Assembly (NCBI GenBank): GCA_028023455.1
Contig: JAQFVV010000001.1
Span: forward strand, 24,242,001-24,306,000
Direction of reading: 5' to 3'
DNA: 64,000 nt
From: Epiperipatus broadwayi
Lineage: Eukaryota > Animalia > Onychophora
A program made the translations under genes and the position numbers. Position 1 is the stretch's first letter, and each line of letters begins with the position of its first letter. Positions 1 to 13,250 of this stretch are shown here, in pieces. The notes under the pieces were generated by a model, which was given only the letters and a program-made list of their open reading frames with translations, was not told where the DNA came from and searched no databases.

Positions 1-337
1 TACACTAATAAAATATGCACAGACAGATATCATTGCACAAGACAACTTTTAATTTTATTAGCCTTTCATTGATATGTATATAAATTAGACTTTACATTCA
101 ACATCATACATTCTTTTTTTTTTACAGCTTGATCTGATCTTCAAAAAAAAAAAACCTTTAGCAATCTTCCCATTCTATTAACTTCTTAACCATCAATGCT
201 GTCTTCCAATTTGGTCCTAAGAACAAAGTTCACACATTCAATGTACTTGTATTAGAAAAAATTAATTTGTAATGCTTCATTTCAGTACTATCACTGCCTC
301 TTGCATTACTAATAATATTTATAGTATTTCCATCACT

Positions 338-3040
338 TTAAGAAGAACTGTCATATTAAATGGGACATTATTGGACTTTGTAAAGTTAGAAGAAAAGATG
401 AAGAGACAATTGATTTAAAAAGTGGACATGCACTCTATTATAAAGACACAAATATTGGAAATACAAGTGGAGTACGATTCATTATAAATAAAAAGTGGAA
501 GAACAACATTGTGGAGATTGATGATATATCGGACAGAGTGGAAAAATTAGTTATACAACTTATTAGCAGATACCAAATGCACATGATTCAGGTTTATGCC
601 CCAACAAGTTCTCATAGTGATGAAGTAGTAGAAGATTTTTATATGGATGTACAAAAGACTTTTGATCAGAATAAACAATATTTTAAAATTGTTATGGAAG
701 ACTTTAATGCAGGAATTGGTTAACAAATGAAAGATGTAAGTGCTGTAGATAATTTTGGTTATGGTAATAGAAATGAGAGAGGACATAGACTTGTGGAGTT
801 TGAAGAAAAAAACAAATTTATATTATGAATTATTTTTTTGAGAAAAATGTTAAAATGAAATGGACATGGAAGCATCCAAATGAAGGTACAGCAGAATTGG
901 ATTACATTTTGACTAACAGAAAATACATAATTTAAGATTGTAATGTTCATAATAAATTTAACACAGGAAAGATGTAAGATACATGCTAATGCAAAACTAG
1001 AGAGAGAATTATTTAGAAAAACAATATTTACAGTTGATATTCCTAATCTTCAGAAACATTCTAATGAATTTAAATTAGAACTTACAAATTGGTTTCAAGT
1101 ATTAGTAGATTTTGAACATGATTCAGATTTGAATGAAATTAATATAAAAATAACTGATACACTTTTAAAAACTGTAACAAAGATAGCTGGTAAAAAAAAG
1201 CAGCAATTGACCAATAAAATTTCTACTGATATTAGAGAATTTATGAAAAAAAGAAGGAATATGAATATTTACAAAAATGGTGCATTAAAAAGGATTGAAT
1301 ATCTCAAATTTTGTAAAATGGGGTAGAAAGAGTTGAAAATGATATAAAAAAATATAACTGTGAACTAGCAATAAAACCTGTAGAAGAGAATAAAAGTCTC
1401 AAAAGTGTAAAACAATATTTGGCATTAGTAGGAAATTTATATCTGCAATAAGAAAAAAAAGATGGTATTATTACTAAAAGAAGAGATGACATCATGAAAT
1501 GGGTAGAAGACTTTTATCAAGAATTATATAGTAATAAAAAACAAGTACCTCCTATATCTATTACATCTTCAGAATTGCCCCAGAATTTTAAATGAAGTGA
1601 GACATGCAATTAAATGTATGAAGAAAGTAAAGGCTCCAGGTAATGATGGAATTATAATTGATATATTAAAAGAAGCAGACAAAAAAATAGAAACTTTTTT
1701 AGCAAAGCTATATACCAAATGTCTAAATAATAAAAATGTACTAGATGATTTTAAAATTGCAGTATTAATATTAATATTTTTAAAAGGTGATAAATTAAGA
1801 TATTAGAAATTACAAACCTATCAGCCTTTTATCAGTTTTATACAATTTTTTACCAAGATAATTACAACTCATCTACAGAGAACATTGGATTTCCACCAAC
1901 CAAGAGAAGAAGCTGGATTTGAAATTGTTTTTAGTGCCATAGATCACATCCAGGTATTGAGAGAAGTTATAGAAAGGACAAATGAATATGAGTTGCCATT
2001 ATGCTTTGGATTTGTAGATTATGAAAAGCATTTGATTCTATAAATATTTCTTCAGTGATTAAAGCATTGGATCATCAAGGTATAGATCCAGGATATTGTC
2101 ATATTTTAAAGAATATTTATAAAAATGCAACAGCAACAATTAGATTTCATAATGATACTGGGAAAATCAACATTGAGAATGGTGTAAGACAGGGTGACTC
2201 CATATCTCCAAAACTTTTTATAGCAGTTCTGCAAGAAGTATTTTGTGGATTAAAATGGAAAACTAAAGAAGTGAAAATAAATGGAGATTATTTAAGTCAT
2301 TTAGATTTTGCAGATGATGTAGTTGTTTTGCAAATAATGCTTTAGAGCTGCATGAAATGTTGCAGGAGTTATCAGAAGAAAGTAGGAAAGTAGGAGTAAA
2401 GATAAATGTTAAAAAGACTAAAGTAATGTTTAATGGATTTTCTTAAAATATGAAAATTAAGATTGATTATGATGAGTTAGAAGAAGTTAACAGTTACAAA
2501 TACCTTGGTCAGATTATTAATACAGGTGGACACATAATGGATGAAATTAATCATAGAATTAAACTTGTTTGGAGTGCTTTTGGTAGAAATAACTTGATTC
2601 TAAAAGGAAACATGCCTATGTGTTTTACCAGTTTTTACTTATGGATCTGAGACTTGGACACTTAATAGAAGAGCAATAAAGAAACTTCAGACCACTATGG
2701 AGAGATGCATGTTGGGAATAGCAAGAAGAGCTTGAAAATGCAATATATGGGTATGAGAACAAACAGGTGTTACTGAGACCTCATTGAAAAAATTAAAAGA
2801 CTGAGGTGGAGTTGGGCTGGACATATTGCTAGAAGAGATGATAATAGATGGATAATTGAAATCTTAAACTGGATTTCAAAAGATTGTAAAGACCCAAAAG
2901 AGACCACATGTGAGATGGTTGGGTGAAATAAGAAAGTGTGCAGGGGTGATGTGGAAAAGAGAAGATAAAGATCAGAGAAGATGGATTGAACTCCTGCAGT
3001 GTATTGATAATGGTTGTTGATGCTGATGATGATGAATGAT
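338..3040 (+). mobile_element. RTE-clade LINE (family A), 5'-truncated, frameshifted APE-RT pseudogene
   Basis: Fragments give APE motifs (IKWDIIGL, IQVYAPTS..EDFY, EDFNA), then KAPGNDGI and RT motifs GVRQGDSISPKLF and HLDFADDVV (ORFs 511-723, 1597-1806, 2055-2345, 2450-2650). It ends in a (GAT)n-like tail at ~3010-3040. Many stops and frameshifts. Confidence 0.93.
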
Positions 3041-4350
3041 TAAATCCATCAACACATCAAGACATCCAGACAGCAGAAGATGGAGTTATTTTTAAATTAC
3101 ATTTTAGGTCTCTTCTGTGGTAGAGAGAGAGATCCCTAAATAAGAGTATTCAAACATATAATCTTTATCAAACTAAAACTCATCTCTTTCATTCTTACTC
3201 ATTAGTAATTATTCTACATCAAGAAAAGGTCACCCTAAGAGTTACCAGTTTACTAAATCTGTTCTTATCATTGCCTTCTTAATTCTCAAGAGCTTGAGAT
3301 AAAATAATGAAAAAGTAAATTAGAATCAGAATTGATTTGAATGCTGTTAAAGAATAAAAATGTGATTGCAAACACACATTGCAATTATCACAGCACAATG
3401 GCAAGAGAGGCTCATAATGACTAGTCACTATATCAATGTAAGTATCTGAAAACAATAAGAAAATGAGAAAAAAACAGCTTTTGATGAGCAATTGCCTTAT
3501 CCAACAAACTTGCAGGAGTTATTTTTGGTTGTTTGTTATTCATAGTTAATTCTTTTATCTGAAGGTCATTTCACTATTTACTATTGGTGTAGACAATCAG
3601 TAGATTGATTGCAAATTATGATAGTTTTATTATTATGTTTTACAAGTGAGAAATAGCCTAGTTGAGAGGCTTCTTTTGTAAATTGGTAAAAGAAATGGTT
3701 AGAAAAGACGTAATCAATAATTAGTTTAATATGATGCTTCTATTCATCCAGTTCTTATGTTCATTATAATCTTGCTTACATGACATAATAAATTAAAAAA
3801 CAGTGGGTTTGAATAGTAACTTTGCCATAGATGTTCTGCTAATGAAGGATTCATTGATGGTCATATTCATATCTGCACTAATCTCTGCCATGAGGTATTA
3901 CACAGATGTTTTTAGAGAAAAATTCTTATTAATATCCATTAGTTTCTTGCATTTAATCATTAACTTATGAACACAACTGAGTTTAGTATTTTTAATAAGT
4001 GTATTATTCTTGAGATTGTTAGTCCTAATGAATTTTTGACAGATCTAATATTTTTTATAGACATTTATTATTTTTGTCAAATAATATTTGTGAACTTTAT
4101 ATGGTTTTATTTCTTTTATAAAGTTATAATGTTTTAATATATATTAAAATAGATGTTTCAAAAACAATACAATAAAGCTAAATAAGGTAGATTAATTTTA
4201 AAAAATAGATTTTAAAAGTAAAAAAAATAAAAATTTAATTAAAGCATCTAAATTTTGGTTTAATTCAATAAAAATAAAATGAGTTAAAAGGATTAACATT
4301 TTATTTTACATTAAGATTTTATTTTGTGTTTTTTTTTTCTTGGAGACAAT

Positions 4351-5700
4351 TGTAATGATCAGATTTATCTTCATGTAATAAAACGATTTGTATATTCATG
4401 TAACAAAATCCAGAGTCCAGGCAAAGTACACCAAGTGAGATGGTGAGGTCTCGAATCTGACCAAACTTCAATGAAACTTCAACTCATTCACCAAGACTCC
4501 ATGATTTAATACCTTATGAGTGACATTTCTGAGGTTACACTCAGTCTCAATTTCTTCTGCAAGCGGCTCCACCAAATAAGTAGAAGCATGAGACTCAAGG
4601 GAAATTAACAATCTAATGATAACTTAAGGGTTAAACTGTCTACTTAACACACTAACTGACTTAAATAAAATAATGCATATTCAACATATCAAATCATTAA
4701 GGAATTGGGATAAGATAATATGGTTTGGATTGAAATAGGACTATGAGCAAAAAAGAGAAAGATATGGAACAAGTTTTATATTTTAGACAGGTTTATTAAA
4801 ACAATAACATAAAATCAAATAAAAGAAAATGACAAGAATTATACAGTGTTAAGCATATGTGATCAACACATGCAGGTTACATGTTAGATGAGATTATTAT
4901 CAATAAAGTGGTCTCCTCCTAACACATTAAAATCGGTGTATGTGCAGTTAATAAATCATGCCTATAATTTAACATGCCAATCGGATTTTGCATTGGTTTG
5001 CTAATGTTACAAGATAATAACCTAGCCAGTGTGAGTGAATAAATAAGCTCATGATAATGCAGATTCAACCTGGTAACCAAGATTTGAGTTTCAGTGTAAT
5101 GCTGAATTGTTAATTAATAAGGAGGAAAAGAACTGGTTATTTTTAGATTCGCCTATATATACTATGGCACTAAATAAAATACTAGGGAATAAGTCTGCAG
5201 TGTGAGTGAGTAATTATTCAAGAGATTCAGAAACAAATGTTCAGTGCCCTAAAACCAGACACTTTGCAACAATTAATATATGAACAGATGAGTTTGAGAA
5301 CTCGGATCGGCTTTATAAACATGATCTGGACCCATGTGTTCCAGTTCTAATAAAGATAGCCATATCTGAACTAAGACATGGAGTGGCTGGTCACTGTAAA
5401 CCCATTTTAAAAGGTGCAGCAAAATGTAAATGTACAAATGTGTACTTCGTAAATTCACACTCGCAAAGCATATGCAAGATACCAAGATGTATACTTATAA
5501 TTTATTAATTGCACCTAAAAACAGATAGCTTCTATCTGCCAAATCAACACAACCCAATTCTTAAACTAGCATCATAATTATTCTAACTAAAAGGGCTTAA
5601 ATTAAATTATAACCTAAGTTAAAATACTGAATCTGCATATATATAATCATAATCAAGGAGAGAATGTATATTTGATGGGTATTAATAAATATTAACAAAT
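4351..5700 (+). repeat. Unclassified ~1.3 kb interspersed repeat, LTR-like (starts TGTAATGATCA), copy 1
   Basis: Colinear with the reverse complement of ~30540-31740; both begin exactly at TGTAATGATCA. Shared blocks include CACCAAGACTCCATGA, TATGAGTGACAT, ATCTGGACCC and CCCATTTTAA. Right end and TSD not located, so the LTR call is tentative. Confidence 0.55.
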
Positions 5701-7094
5701 ATACTTTAATATCAACTCTAACTAGCACATTGCTTCTAACTAACAGATCTCAAAAAATCATAAGTTATAATAACTGACTAAGCAAACCCTCATGAAATAT
5801 AAGGCAGTTATAATAAAAACAAAATCATGATAGGATTTAAAAACAATGATTCAATATGCAAAGTAGCATTCTTAAAATATTTAAAATGGAGATTTTAATT
5901 ATCTCCATTGAAAGTTCATTAACAACTAGTATTCGCTGTTTTGAAAGATTGGCATATTATAACATATATAATAAATTTAGATAAAATAGTTAAAACAATA
6001 AATATAGGCATGACTGCAGTTTTAAGAAATTTTAGTCATAACCGATTGCAATTATTTATAAATTAAAGGAATAAATTATTTTATATTATAAAGATGAGTT
6101 CAGGCAAGTTTTACATAGTTTTAATTTTATAAATAATTAGTTTAATAGAGTTTTAAAAAATAAGATTGAACGTTCATTATATTTATAAGCTAGCTTAATA
6201 TTAAAATTACAGATTTAAAGATTAATTTATAGAACTCTGCAGTCTTAAAGAAATATTAACAATCTCCTTTCAGCAGCTTGGACTTCAGGCACATCAGATG
6301 GCAGGCATGGTGGCATTCTGGATAGGTCACATGGTTTAAATGATATTGTGGCAATTCATTAACTGGAGGGTTTCCCATCTCTACAGCAATGATGATGGGA
6401 TAGAGATTGCCATCTCCCCTCAGGAAAAATGGCAAATATAACACCCATCTATTCCACCATGCTAAAGATCAAAACTGATGTGGGATCTGGTGTTAATGCT
6501 TCTTTAGATTTATAATATCATTTTACAGCTCAAAATATTGCCTATTTATATGATTCAAGGATTAGAACACCTTGCTGTCAACAAGATTATTTACTTTTTG
6601 AGAATTAATTAGCACCCTCTGAAATTTTATAAATTCATTTAAACCTCCCTATTAATATTTAACAGGACGTTTTTAACTAAATTTGACCATTTTAAATCCC
6701 TAATGACTTTGCAATAGTTTCAGTTCAGTAAATCTTGTTTACAAAACTATATATTTTTGGCAAAATATTATTACTTAGCGAAAATATAAATTACCTCAGC
6801 CAGCTATGTTAAAGCAGGGGTGCCTAGTGTGGCTTTTGTTTATACTTTATTTAAGGTTGAAATTAAGAATCATTAGAACTTTTAAATAATATTGCTCTCT
6901 ATATATGTAGATCACACATACATACATGCAATTTAAAATGTAAAACAATAAATTAACTCTTTTTTTAAAAAAATAAAATCTATAATACAAAATATATTAT
7001 TTTAAAATAAAATATACATGCTGTAATATATGTAATTATATAATTGAATATTTATAAATACAGTAATCAGATATATTTTAAAAAATTTATCCAC

Positions 7095-7136
7095 TTAGTA
7101 GTGCTTTTGACCATCTTTGTAGTCTTTGTCAACTAA
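7095..7136 (-). ncRNA. Decayed minimal type I hammerhead ribozyme in the PLE 3' pseudo-LTR
   Basis: Minus strand: UUAG-UUGACAA-A-GACUA-CAAAGA-UGGUC-AAAA-GCAC-UA-CUAA. Helix I UUAG/CUAA and helix II GACUA/UGGUC pair. CAAAA and GCAC are CpG-decay forms of CGAAA and GCGC. Confidence 0.55.
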
Positions 7137-7157
7137 AACTTTAAAAGGCTAACCTTC

Positions 7158-7480
7158 TCACAATTCTGTGATCTTAACATTTGCTGCCTGCCTGTTAATT
7201 AAGTCATGTTTGTATTTATATATTAGCATAGTTTCTTTTATTTTTCTTTTGTTGTTGTTTTTTTCAATTTGCAATATTTTAACGTTATTGTAATTGAAGT
7301 TAAATCCACAAATACATGAATTACTATGGTCGTGAAAAAACAGATGCTGAAACATTATTATTTACTGGCAATTTTGATTCGATTTCTGAACTCTTTTTAA
7401 CAATAACAAGTGCTCTAATATATATAAACTGATATTATAGTCATTTGTCTGCATATATATGTGTGATGATAGCTATATAA
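7158..7480 (-). mobile_element. Penelope-like element, C-terminal GIY-YIG endonuclease remnant
   Basis: ORF 7158-7355 reads H..GFNFNYNNVKILQIEKNNNKRKIKETMLI......IN, matching the H..GH.F.F.N.KIL..E.N..KR.IKE pattern at the end of PLE GIY-YIG domains. An HHR-like motif follows ~20 nt after the stop. Confidence 0.65.
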
Positions 7481-9063
7481 CTGTGTTGTCGCTCTTATAC
7501 ATGTACCCAGAGAGGGTTTAAATCCAGCACAGATGGAGCTGTGTGGAAAAATAGGTGAAACAGTTATGAGAGAAGGAATATACTGTTTCACAATAGAATT
7601 AAAAAAAATGTTATAATTAGATAAATCTGGCGGAGCTTTTACTCCAACATAAGAATTTAAATATATATATATATATATCTTTTAATTAAAATTAATCAAG
7701 GTAACTAAGGTTTAAAAATAAGTGCGGTTACACAGACCACATATAAATGTAAATTCTTTAAAAACTCAATCTCTAGCTCTCTATAACTAACTGTTCTTTG
7801 AAGAAGGACACTAAAAAAGTCAACATTGTGTTTAGTAGCTAAAAGTAGGATGGATTTAATATTTGTCAACTTAAATATGCTATTCTAAAGAAATTGCAAC
7901 TTATAATGCAATTGGAAACCTATGAAATTAACCAGCAAGTATTTGTGCAGCAATTTTTATTAAACAAAACTAAGTCAGAGGAAGAAATGTTCAAATCTGT
8001 CAAGGAAACTTATATGTGATACTATAGTTTTATTTTAAAAAAATACATCTATATGTCTTCAAGGGAAATTCACTCTGAATTATGAAGCCTTTCAATAAGC
8101 TACTAAAATAATTCCTGCAAAGAAGTACTTGATGGTGAATATATACCTATATTTAAGTTTTATTAATTATTTGATAGAAAAAAATTTAGTGAGTGTCAGC
8201 GACTTGATGTTAACATTTAATAACAGACTTTTTTTTTTATTAATTCCAGATTTACATTTTTATAATTTTGAATTAAACTTATAACATTTTTTTTTGTTCC
8301 ATAAATATTAAAAGTTTCTTAATATAAATTTATGGAGAGAAAATAATAGGATTAATTATAATGTTTACGAAATCTTTATCAATTAGAGCATTTATATCTC
8401 CATTCAAAGATTCTTATTAACACAAATTGACTAGATTTAGAACATTTTTATTTAGAAATAAACCATACCTACTTTTTTTTTATATCAATGTTTAATACTT
8501 AAATAAGGATATGTTTAAATAAAAGATAGTCACTTTTATCTAACTACCACATTTTTATATATGGTAGGTAAATTAGGTATTAACATTTTTTTTTTAAAAA
8601 AGGCGAAACTTTAAATTAGCAGTTATTTTTGAAAGCTGAGGAAAGAAATAGCTATTTGTAAGCCTACAACAATTAAAAATATTGCTTTGCACAGAGCATT
8701 TAATTTATTTTTATTCTTAACAATGTTATTATTAAACAAATACTTGAAACAAATTAATATATAATCTAATATTTATTTTGTTAGGAATAAAAATCCCTAC
8801 ACATATATATTCTGTCTAGGATTGAGGGTGTGCTGGAGCAACTAATGGCACTCATTTGTTATCAATAATGACTGATTAATCTTACATATCATTTTATGGC
8901 AAATTTTATATAGAATGACTTTAAATTATCACAAAAAAGCTCTTATCTTAAAATCAACATATCAAAATTTACTAATTTATGAATAAATTTTTATTTAAAA
9001 TCGTCAAAATGTGTAAATTCTTTTGATAATTATTATATTTTTCTAGCTTTATTGATTTTTATG

Positions 9064-9596
9064 CACACTCTTAGATCTAACCACTTCTGCTTCACCTATT
9101 CATATATAAAAGTAAGTTGAAGTAAAGAAGGGTTTCCCTCTTTTCCTCCTAGCGTAAGCTTGTGTTTAAGACCTGTAGAGGTCCCTACCTTCAAATTTTT
9201 CAGACGCTTATTCCTAAAGGTTACAGTCTTAGTAAATATTACTTAATATAATAATGTGCGTTTAATAAAATTTATAATTACAACTTTAAATTATCGTAAT
9301 AGATTTCTTACTATAAGATCTTTCCATTGACTCGTTGTAAATCATAAGATTTTGCGAGTATTAATGTATAATAAGAATTGTGGACTTAATTAGTGAAGTA
9401 TTGAATGGCTTCACACTCTTAGATCTAACCACTTCAGCTTCACCTATTCATATATAAAAGTAGGTTGAAGTAAAGAAGGGTTTTCCTCTTTTCTTCCTAG
9501 CGTAAGCTTGTGTTTAAGACGTGTAGAGGTCCCTACCTTCGAATTTTTCAGACGCTTATTCCTAAAGGTTACAGCCTTAGTAAATATTATTTAATA
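9064..9596. repeat. Short repeat family 3, ~1.5 tandem monomers (period 348 bp)
   Basis: ~185 bp near-identical direct repeats start at 9064 and 9412. The whole monomer aligns, circularly permuted, with the 34123-34861 element. Confidence 0.85.
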
Positions 9597-9683
9597 TTAT
9601 GCAATTTCATGTTATTAAAAAAATTGCACCTTCAACAAATCCATAAAAGAAGTAAATATGGTATTTTCAGCACTCATTAGGTT

Positions 9684-9850
9684 AAACTCTCCATACAATC
9701 ATACCACTCAGTGCAAGCCAGAGTAATCATGTCTATTGATTACTCTGGCTTGCACTGAGTGGCGCTACTATATGAAGAGTTTAGTTTCTGTGTGAACAGC
9801 TTGTGTAGGCATAAAGAATTGTGATCACATGATGTTTAGTGGTTTAACAC
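9684..9850. repeat. Family 1 fragment arranged as a fold-back hairpin
   Basis: Perfect 26 bp inverted repeat CCACTCAGTGCAAGCCAGAGTAATCA (9704-9729 / 9737-9762) with a 7 nt loop. Same sequence as the family 1 copies at 48.5 kb and 55.2 kb. The HHR portion is absent. Confidence 0.85.
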
Positions 9851-11171
9851 ATCAGGATAATAAGTGGTTTAAATCTCATCAAGATAATATTTTAGCTACT
9901 ATATGTGTAAAAATAAAATTATATTGTAAGAATTACATTCTTTTCCTCCCTTTTCACTTTCAAAGATTCTTATTATCCAAAAAATTTGGATGTGCTACAA
10001 AAACATATTCAAACAGTAGTACTGAAACATTTTTTTTATTGCTCACAAAAAAATTAAGACAACTTTAATTATAATAAATTTTTATCAATTAAGGGATTTG
10101 TATATTTCAATACAAATGTTTCTCTTAGGTATAAATTAGTTGAACTTGGACCTTTTTGTTTAAAAATAATGTTTTATGTAAATGTCAAAGTGATAAATTA
10201 TCCAATACTGAAATATATGCTAATGAATTTTTAAATGTCGAATATAATAGGAAAGATACACATAGATGGAAGCAAAAAAAATATTGAAGAGAAAACATGG
10301 ATTTTATATTTAATCATGTAAATCAATCTCAGTACTCTTTTGCAGTCAAGAGTTAAAATTGCTAGTGTTATTCAACATATTAAAAAAATCTCATCTTTTG
10401 CATAATAATATTATCTTTGACCTAATAAGTAAAATAAAATAATCAGCAAAAAACATATATTAATATAAGATGTATGGCTACTATAGCATGCTTATATATT
10501 TTCAAATCTTTTATACAATTGATAATTGGATATATTATGTGAAGCATAATTATGTAGTGTAAAAGATTGGTTATTTTTAGATGGTATGTATTTACCAATT
10601 AAGTCAAGTCTGAAAAAGAGCACTAACATACTTTTTTATGTGATGAAATATAAATTTGCATATTATTATTAATTACATATTTAATTCTACACTTATAATG
10701 CTTCTCATTATGGGTAAAATGAATAGAAATTATCTCTACCTTTCATAATATCAATTTTGATATGCTATTTAATTTTAATTGCATTTGTTATCAACAAATA
10801 ACATTTAATAATATAAGAAGGTAAATTGCTATTTTAGTATAAGTGTTCAAATTTCCAGCACCTCTATCAAGCATATGTATTTATTTTTATTAGTTTGAGT
10901 AATTGTGAGCTATTTATCTAGAAAAAAAACCACTTGAGACTATAATAATAATTTTTATTAGTCATTCATTAGACTAGAGATATAATGAAAATATTTCTGT
11001 AGTATAATTTTCACTATACCATTCTTCTACAAAATAAGGACTGGTTTTGATCCACTTTTGACACCTTGGGAAGGAATGTACTAATAAAGATAAGACCAAA
11101 GACATGGAAAAAAGGTATATAATCCCCAAAATGCGTATTTCATGCTGAAACAGCATCATAAGTTAACCCAG

Positions 11172-11510
11172 ATCACAATCACTTCCATATATTTTTATCA
11201 TTATTCAGTATATATAGGTAATCAACTGTAGTAATTGGTTATCTATATACAGTATACTGAACAATGATAAAGATATGTGTAAGAGATTGTGATAAGGGCC
11301 AACTGATAATTACTGGTTCAGCACAAAATGTGCATCTTAGGAATTATACATCTTTTTCACATGTCATTGATTATATATTTAGGATTACATCCTTCCACAA
11401 AAAGCAGATAAAACTAGTCCCTACCTTGTATGAAGGTGATGTACAGGTACATCATTCATTAACTTGATACTATGGTATATTTGATTTGAACTCAAACTTC
11501 AGGTCATAGT
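11172..11510 (+). mobile_element. Family 2 copy: inverted piece plus decayed hammerhead
   Basis: Imperfect inverted repeat at 11172-11293. 11299-11341 reads CCAA-CUGAUAA-UUACU-GGUUC-AGCAC-AAAA-UGUGCAUC-UUAGG, homologous to 43283-43325. TGTGCATC is the CpG-decay product of CGCGCGTC. Confidence 0.6.
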
Positions 11511-11935
11511 TATAGCAGGAAAATGAACTAATGATTGCAACATGAAGCATTTATTTATAATTATTGTTTTAATACATTTCTGACAATCACTAAAAGTAAG
11601 AAAACCTGTTGTTTTTATTAAAATTTTAAAATTTACATAATTGAAATGCATTAAATAATATTCTGTAAACTCTGGTAATTTTGTTTTGCTTGAAATAGAA
11701 TAAAAATAAATCTTTTCAAATTCAATCTGATGAATTACTACTAATATCAAAAGAATAAATTTCACTATTGAACTTCAAAAAACTTTTAATAATGTGGAAG
11801 ATGAAAATACAATATAAATAAATAGTTTGTGTTCATTATGATAATAGTTTGCTTTATTCTCAGTTTGAATTTAAATCCTCTTCTAATAAATTTGATATTT
11901 CCAATAAAGTTTAGAACATATTGTAAAAGAATTTT

Positions 11936-12262
11936 CTGAAGGTTTGTGATGATGGTATTTAGTTGTATTTATATATTGGACTATTTCCATCATCTAATAC
12001 AAATATTGAATGTCTTTAGATAAAATTTAACTTTATTTAAATATTCCAAATAATTCAACTACACACATATTAGTATATGCACAATGTTTCAAAAGATATT
12101 ATTCTCCCCTCTTCTTCAGGTGTTGCTGGCCTGATCAGTGATAGTACTAGCATGGGAATCGAACCTGGACCCTTTTTTAAGGTAACACTTTAACCAACTG
12201 AGCCATAGACATTCAATATTTATATTAGATTGTGGAAATAGTTCAATATATAAATACAACTA
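11936..12262 (-). mobile_element. tRNA-derived SINE with downstream HHR-like motif (family 4, copy A) plus inverted tail fragment
   Basis: Minus strand has A box TGGCTCAGTTGG and B box GGTTCGATTCC, then CAC-CUGAAGA-A-GAGG..-GAAA-CAUU-GUG (12081-12122). 12207-12262 is an inverted copy of its own tail (11960-12014). Homologous to 44842-45365. Confidence 0.75.
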
Positions 12263-12619
12263 TTATAAAATACTCTAAAATAAGATGTGATTGCATAATT
12301 GAATATTCATGATATTAATATACATTAAGAATATTTGTTTGGATATGTAAAATTAGAAATAGCATTTTTTACTTTATAAGCTGTGCTACCCACGACCTAC
12401 ATCATCAACATGCATTCATTATTTTCTGACATGGATTTATATTTGTCAGTTTCAAAATAAAATAAAAAATCATTTTACAATCTTGAAGCATAATTCCAAA
12501 GAAAAGGTTTCTAATGCATCAAATAAATATTCTTTAGCTTATATTATTTTATTTGCTTCTGAGAAGTAATAGGTGAAAATTTCAACATTGGTGGGAAAAT
12601 GTAGAAGTGTAACAATTTA

Positions 12620-13250
12620 ACGAAAGTAGTATTTTTCTCTCAAAAACTTTTTTTTTACTTAGTCTATAATATTCTCTTATAAAAATGACATGTGTAACAT
12701 CGCGTGTGCGTTTATGCATATGTATAAATATATACAGTAATTTGTTCATAATTAATATTTGAATTTTAATAATTTAAATGTCAAAAAATAATTTTTTTTT
12801 TAATATGATTTTTTTCTTTCGTTTTATTTTTTTATTTTACTTTCTCGTGAGAAAATTTACAGATATAACCGGTATACAAATTATTAACATAAGACGAATT
12901 TTTGTGCTTAAAAAAAAAAAAAAAAAGATTTCGTCATAAATAATATATTTCAATTATATGTCTACGAGGTAAAGAGCCTATTAAAGTTTATGATATAGTT
13001 TTAGAAACTGAAATGCAAAAATAACTATTAAGAGATAGCCAACAAGTTAACTAATAAGCCAATGATCGGATATTATCGCTTGGTATAAGTACTACCATAA
13101 ATTATTTAATCTGCCTCCAGGCTAAAATATATCTAATTTGCGAATATCCACACGCATTCCCGATTTTTTTAAGTTGACATAATTCATTGACAAAAATGTA
13201 TAGATTTTACATGAAATAAAAAATACAGTATATATGTGAAGAAAACGTAT
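12620..13250. promoter_or_regulatory. CpG-retaining island (possible promoter/enhancer or young insertion)
   Basis: About 16 CpGs counted in ~630 bp, versus about 6 in ~2.9 kb of the RTE copy at 37-40 kb. Confidence 0.3.

Noticed and set aside
6256-6444. GC-richer ORF (62 aa, minus strand)
   Set aside because: No recognisable domain and no convincing splice-site pair.
9560-9585. Twister-like GGUUACAGCC motif in family 3
   Set aside because: The flanking P1/P2 and pseudoknot partners of twister could not be placed, and the motif varies in the 34 kb copies.
9064-9596. TRIM / LTR retrotransposon interpretation of the direct repeats
   Set aside because: No TG..CA ends, PBS or PPT seen, and the relative at 34 kb is circularly permuted, which fits tandem monomers.
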